Positions 63,953 to 64,000 of a stretch of 64,000 nucleotides of DNA are shown piece by piece. The stretch spans positions 2,273-66,272 of the forward strand of contig JBDHWG010000002.1 of NCBI GenBank assembly GCA_039810085.1, written 5' to 3'. A model generated the notes under the pieces. That model did no database searches. It worked only from the letters and a program-made list of their open reading frames with translations, and was not told where the DNA came from. Position 1 is the stretch's first letter. Every line of letters starts with the position of its first letter. The DNA comes from Anaerolineae bacterium (GTDB lineage Bacteria > Chloroflexota > Anaerolineae > Epilineales > JAHCIE01). Both the position numbers and the translations under genes were made by a program.

Positions 63953-63984
63953 GTCGCCGAGGTTCTCATCTTGGCGGCTTTTTT
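63953..63984 (+). terminator. Rho-independent terminator or attenuator
   Basis: GTCGCCGAG / CTTGGCGGC, a 9-bp stem with two G-U pairs and an 8-nt loop, followed by TTTTTT. Confidence 0.55.
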
Positions 63985-64000
63985 GTTGGCTCGGTTGGAC

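Noticed and set aside
63953-63984. T-arm-like GGTTC..hairpin examined as a possible tRNA 3' half
   Set aside because: The loop is 8 nt rather than 7. There is no acceptor-stem complement, D-arm or anticodon arm upstream. The hairpin plus T-run fits an intrinsic terminator instead.

Overview
This is a 64-kb, high-G+C (about 65% by eye) bacterial chromosomal segment with about 55 protein-coding genes. I found no rRNA, tRNA, CRISPR array, transposase or integrase. The gene content, and several families of short palindromic MITE/REP-like repeats whose spurious translations read '..LRYARNDG..' and '..HEGHERTRKARK..', look Chloroflexota-like. That assignment is an inference from memory, not a search result.

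Gene order along the window:
- livHMGF plus a Liv-type binding protein, and an acyl-CoA synthetase.
- A four-gene operon: DUF4331, TPR protein, His-rich NicO/RcnA-like transporter, and an orphan. A SARP/STAND regulator sits next to it.
- Crotonase, metallophosphoesterase, MFS transporter, a secreted S8 protease and a secreted M6 protease.
- A small-enzyme block: VOC, GNAT, FMN reductase and ornithine cyclodeaminase.
- glnA, a rhodanese gene, an AstE/AspA-family gene, and a GT39/ArnT-like glycosyltransferase.
- A respiratory block: histidine kinase (HK), NarL-type response regulator (RR), pseudo-receiver, two SCO1/SenC genes, a ba3-type oxidase (subunits IIa-like, II and I), and an unusual cytochrome b-ferredoxin-MvhD fusion.
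- SulP-STAS-rhodanese, glpX, a cytochrome c, and msrPQ.
- An FG-GAP protein, an interrupted glutamate decarboxylase, and a DrrAB-like ABC exporter with a MarR regulator.
- An ECF sigma operon, a MOSC gene, a low-GC orphan gene, and bcp.

Most noteworthy observations:
1. The rhodanese gene is split by one in-frame TGA at a Cys-equivalent active-site position, and a SECIS-like hairpin follows. It is either a candidate selenoprotein or a fresh pseudogene.
2. About 300 nt of nested palindromic repeats are inserted in-frame inside the glycosyltransferase ORF.
3. A Qmo/Hdr-like cytochrome b + 2x[4Fe-4S] + MvhD single-polypeptide fusion sits next to the ba3 oxidase.
4. The DUF4331 / TPR / His-rich transporter / orphan operon has no characterised function.
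5. A clearly low-GC 576-aa orphan has a CorA-like architecture.
6. An in-frame TAG interrupts glutamate decarboxylase.
7. A promoter-plus-terminator unit at the right edge suggests a small RNA or leader.

Many long ORFs in the track are antisense shadow ORFs typical of GC-rich DNA, and I rejected them.
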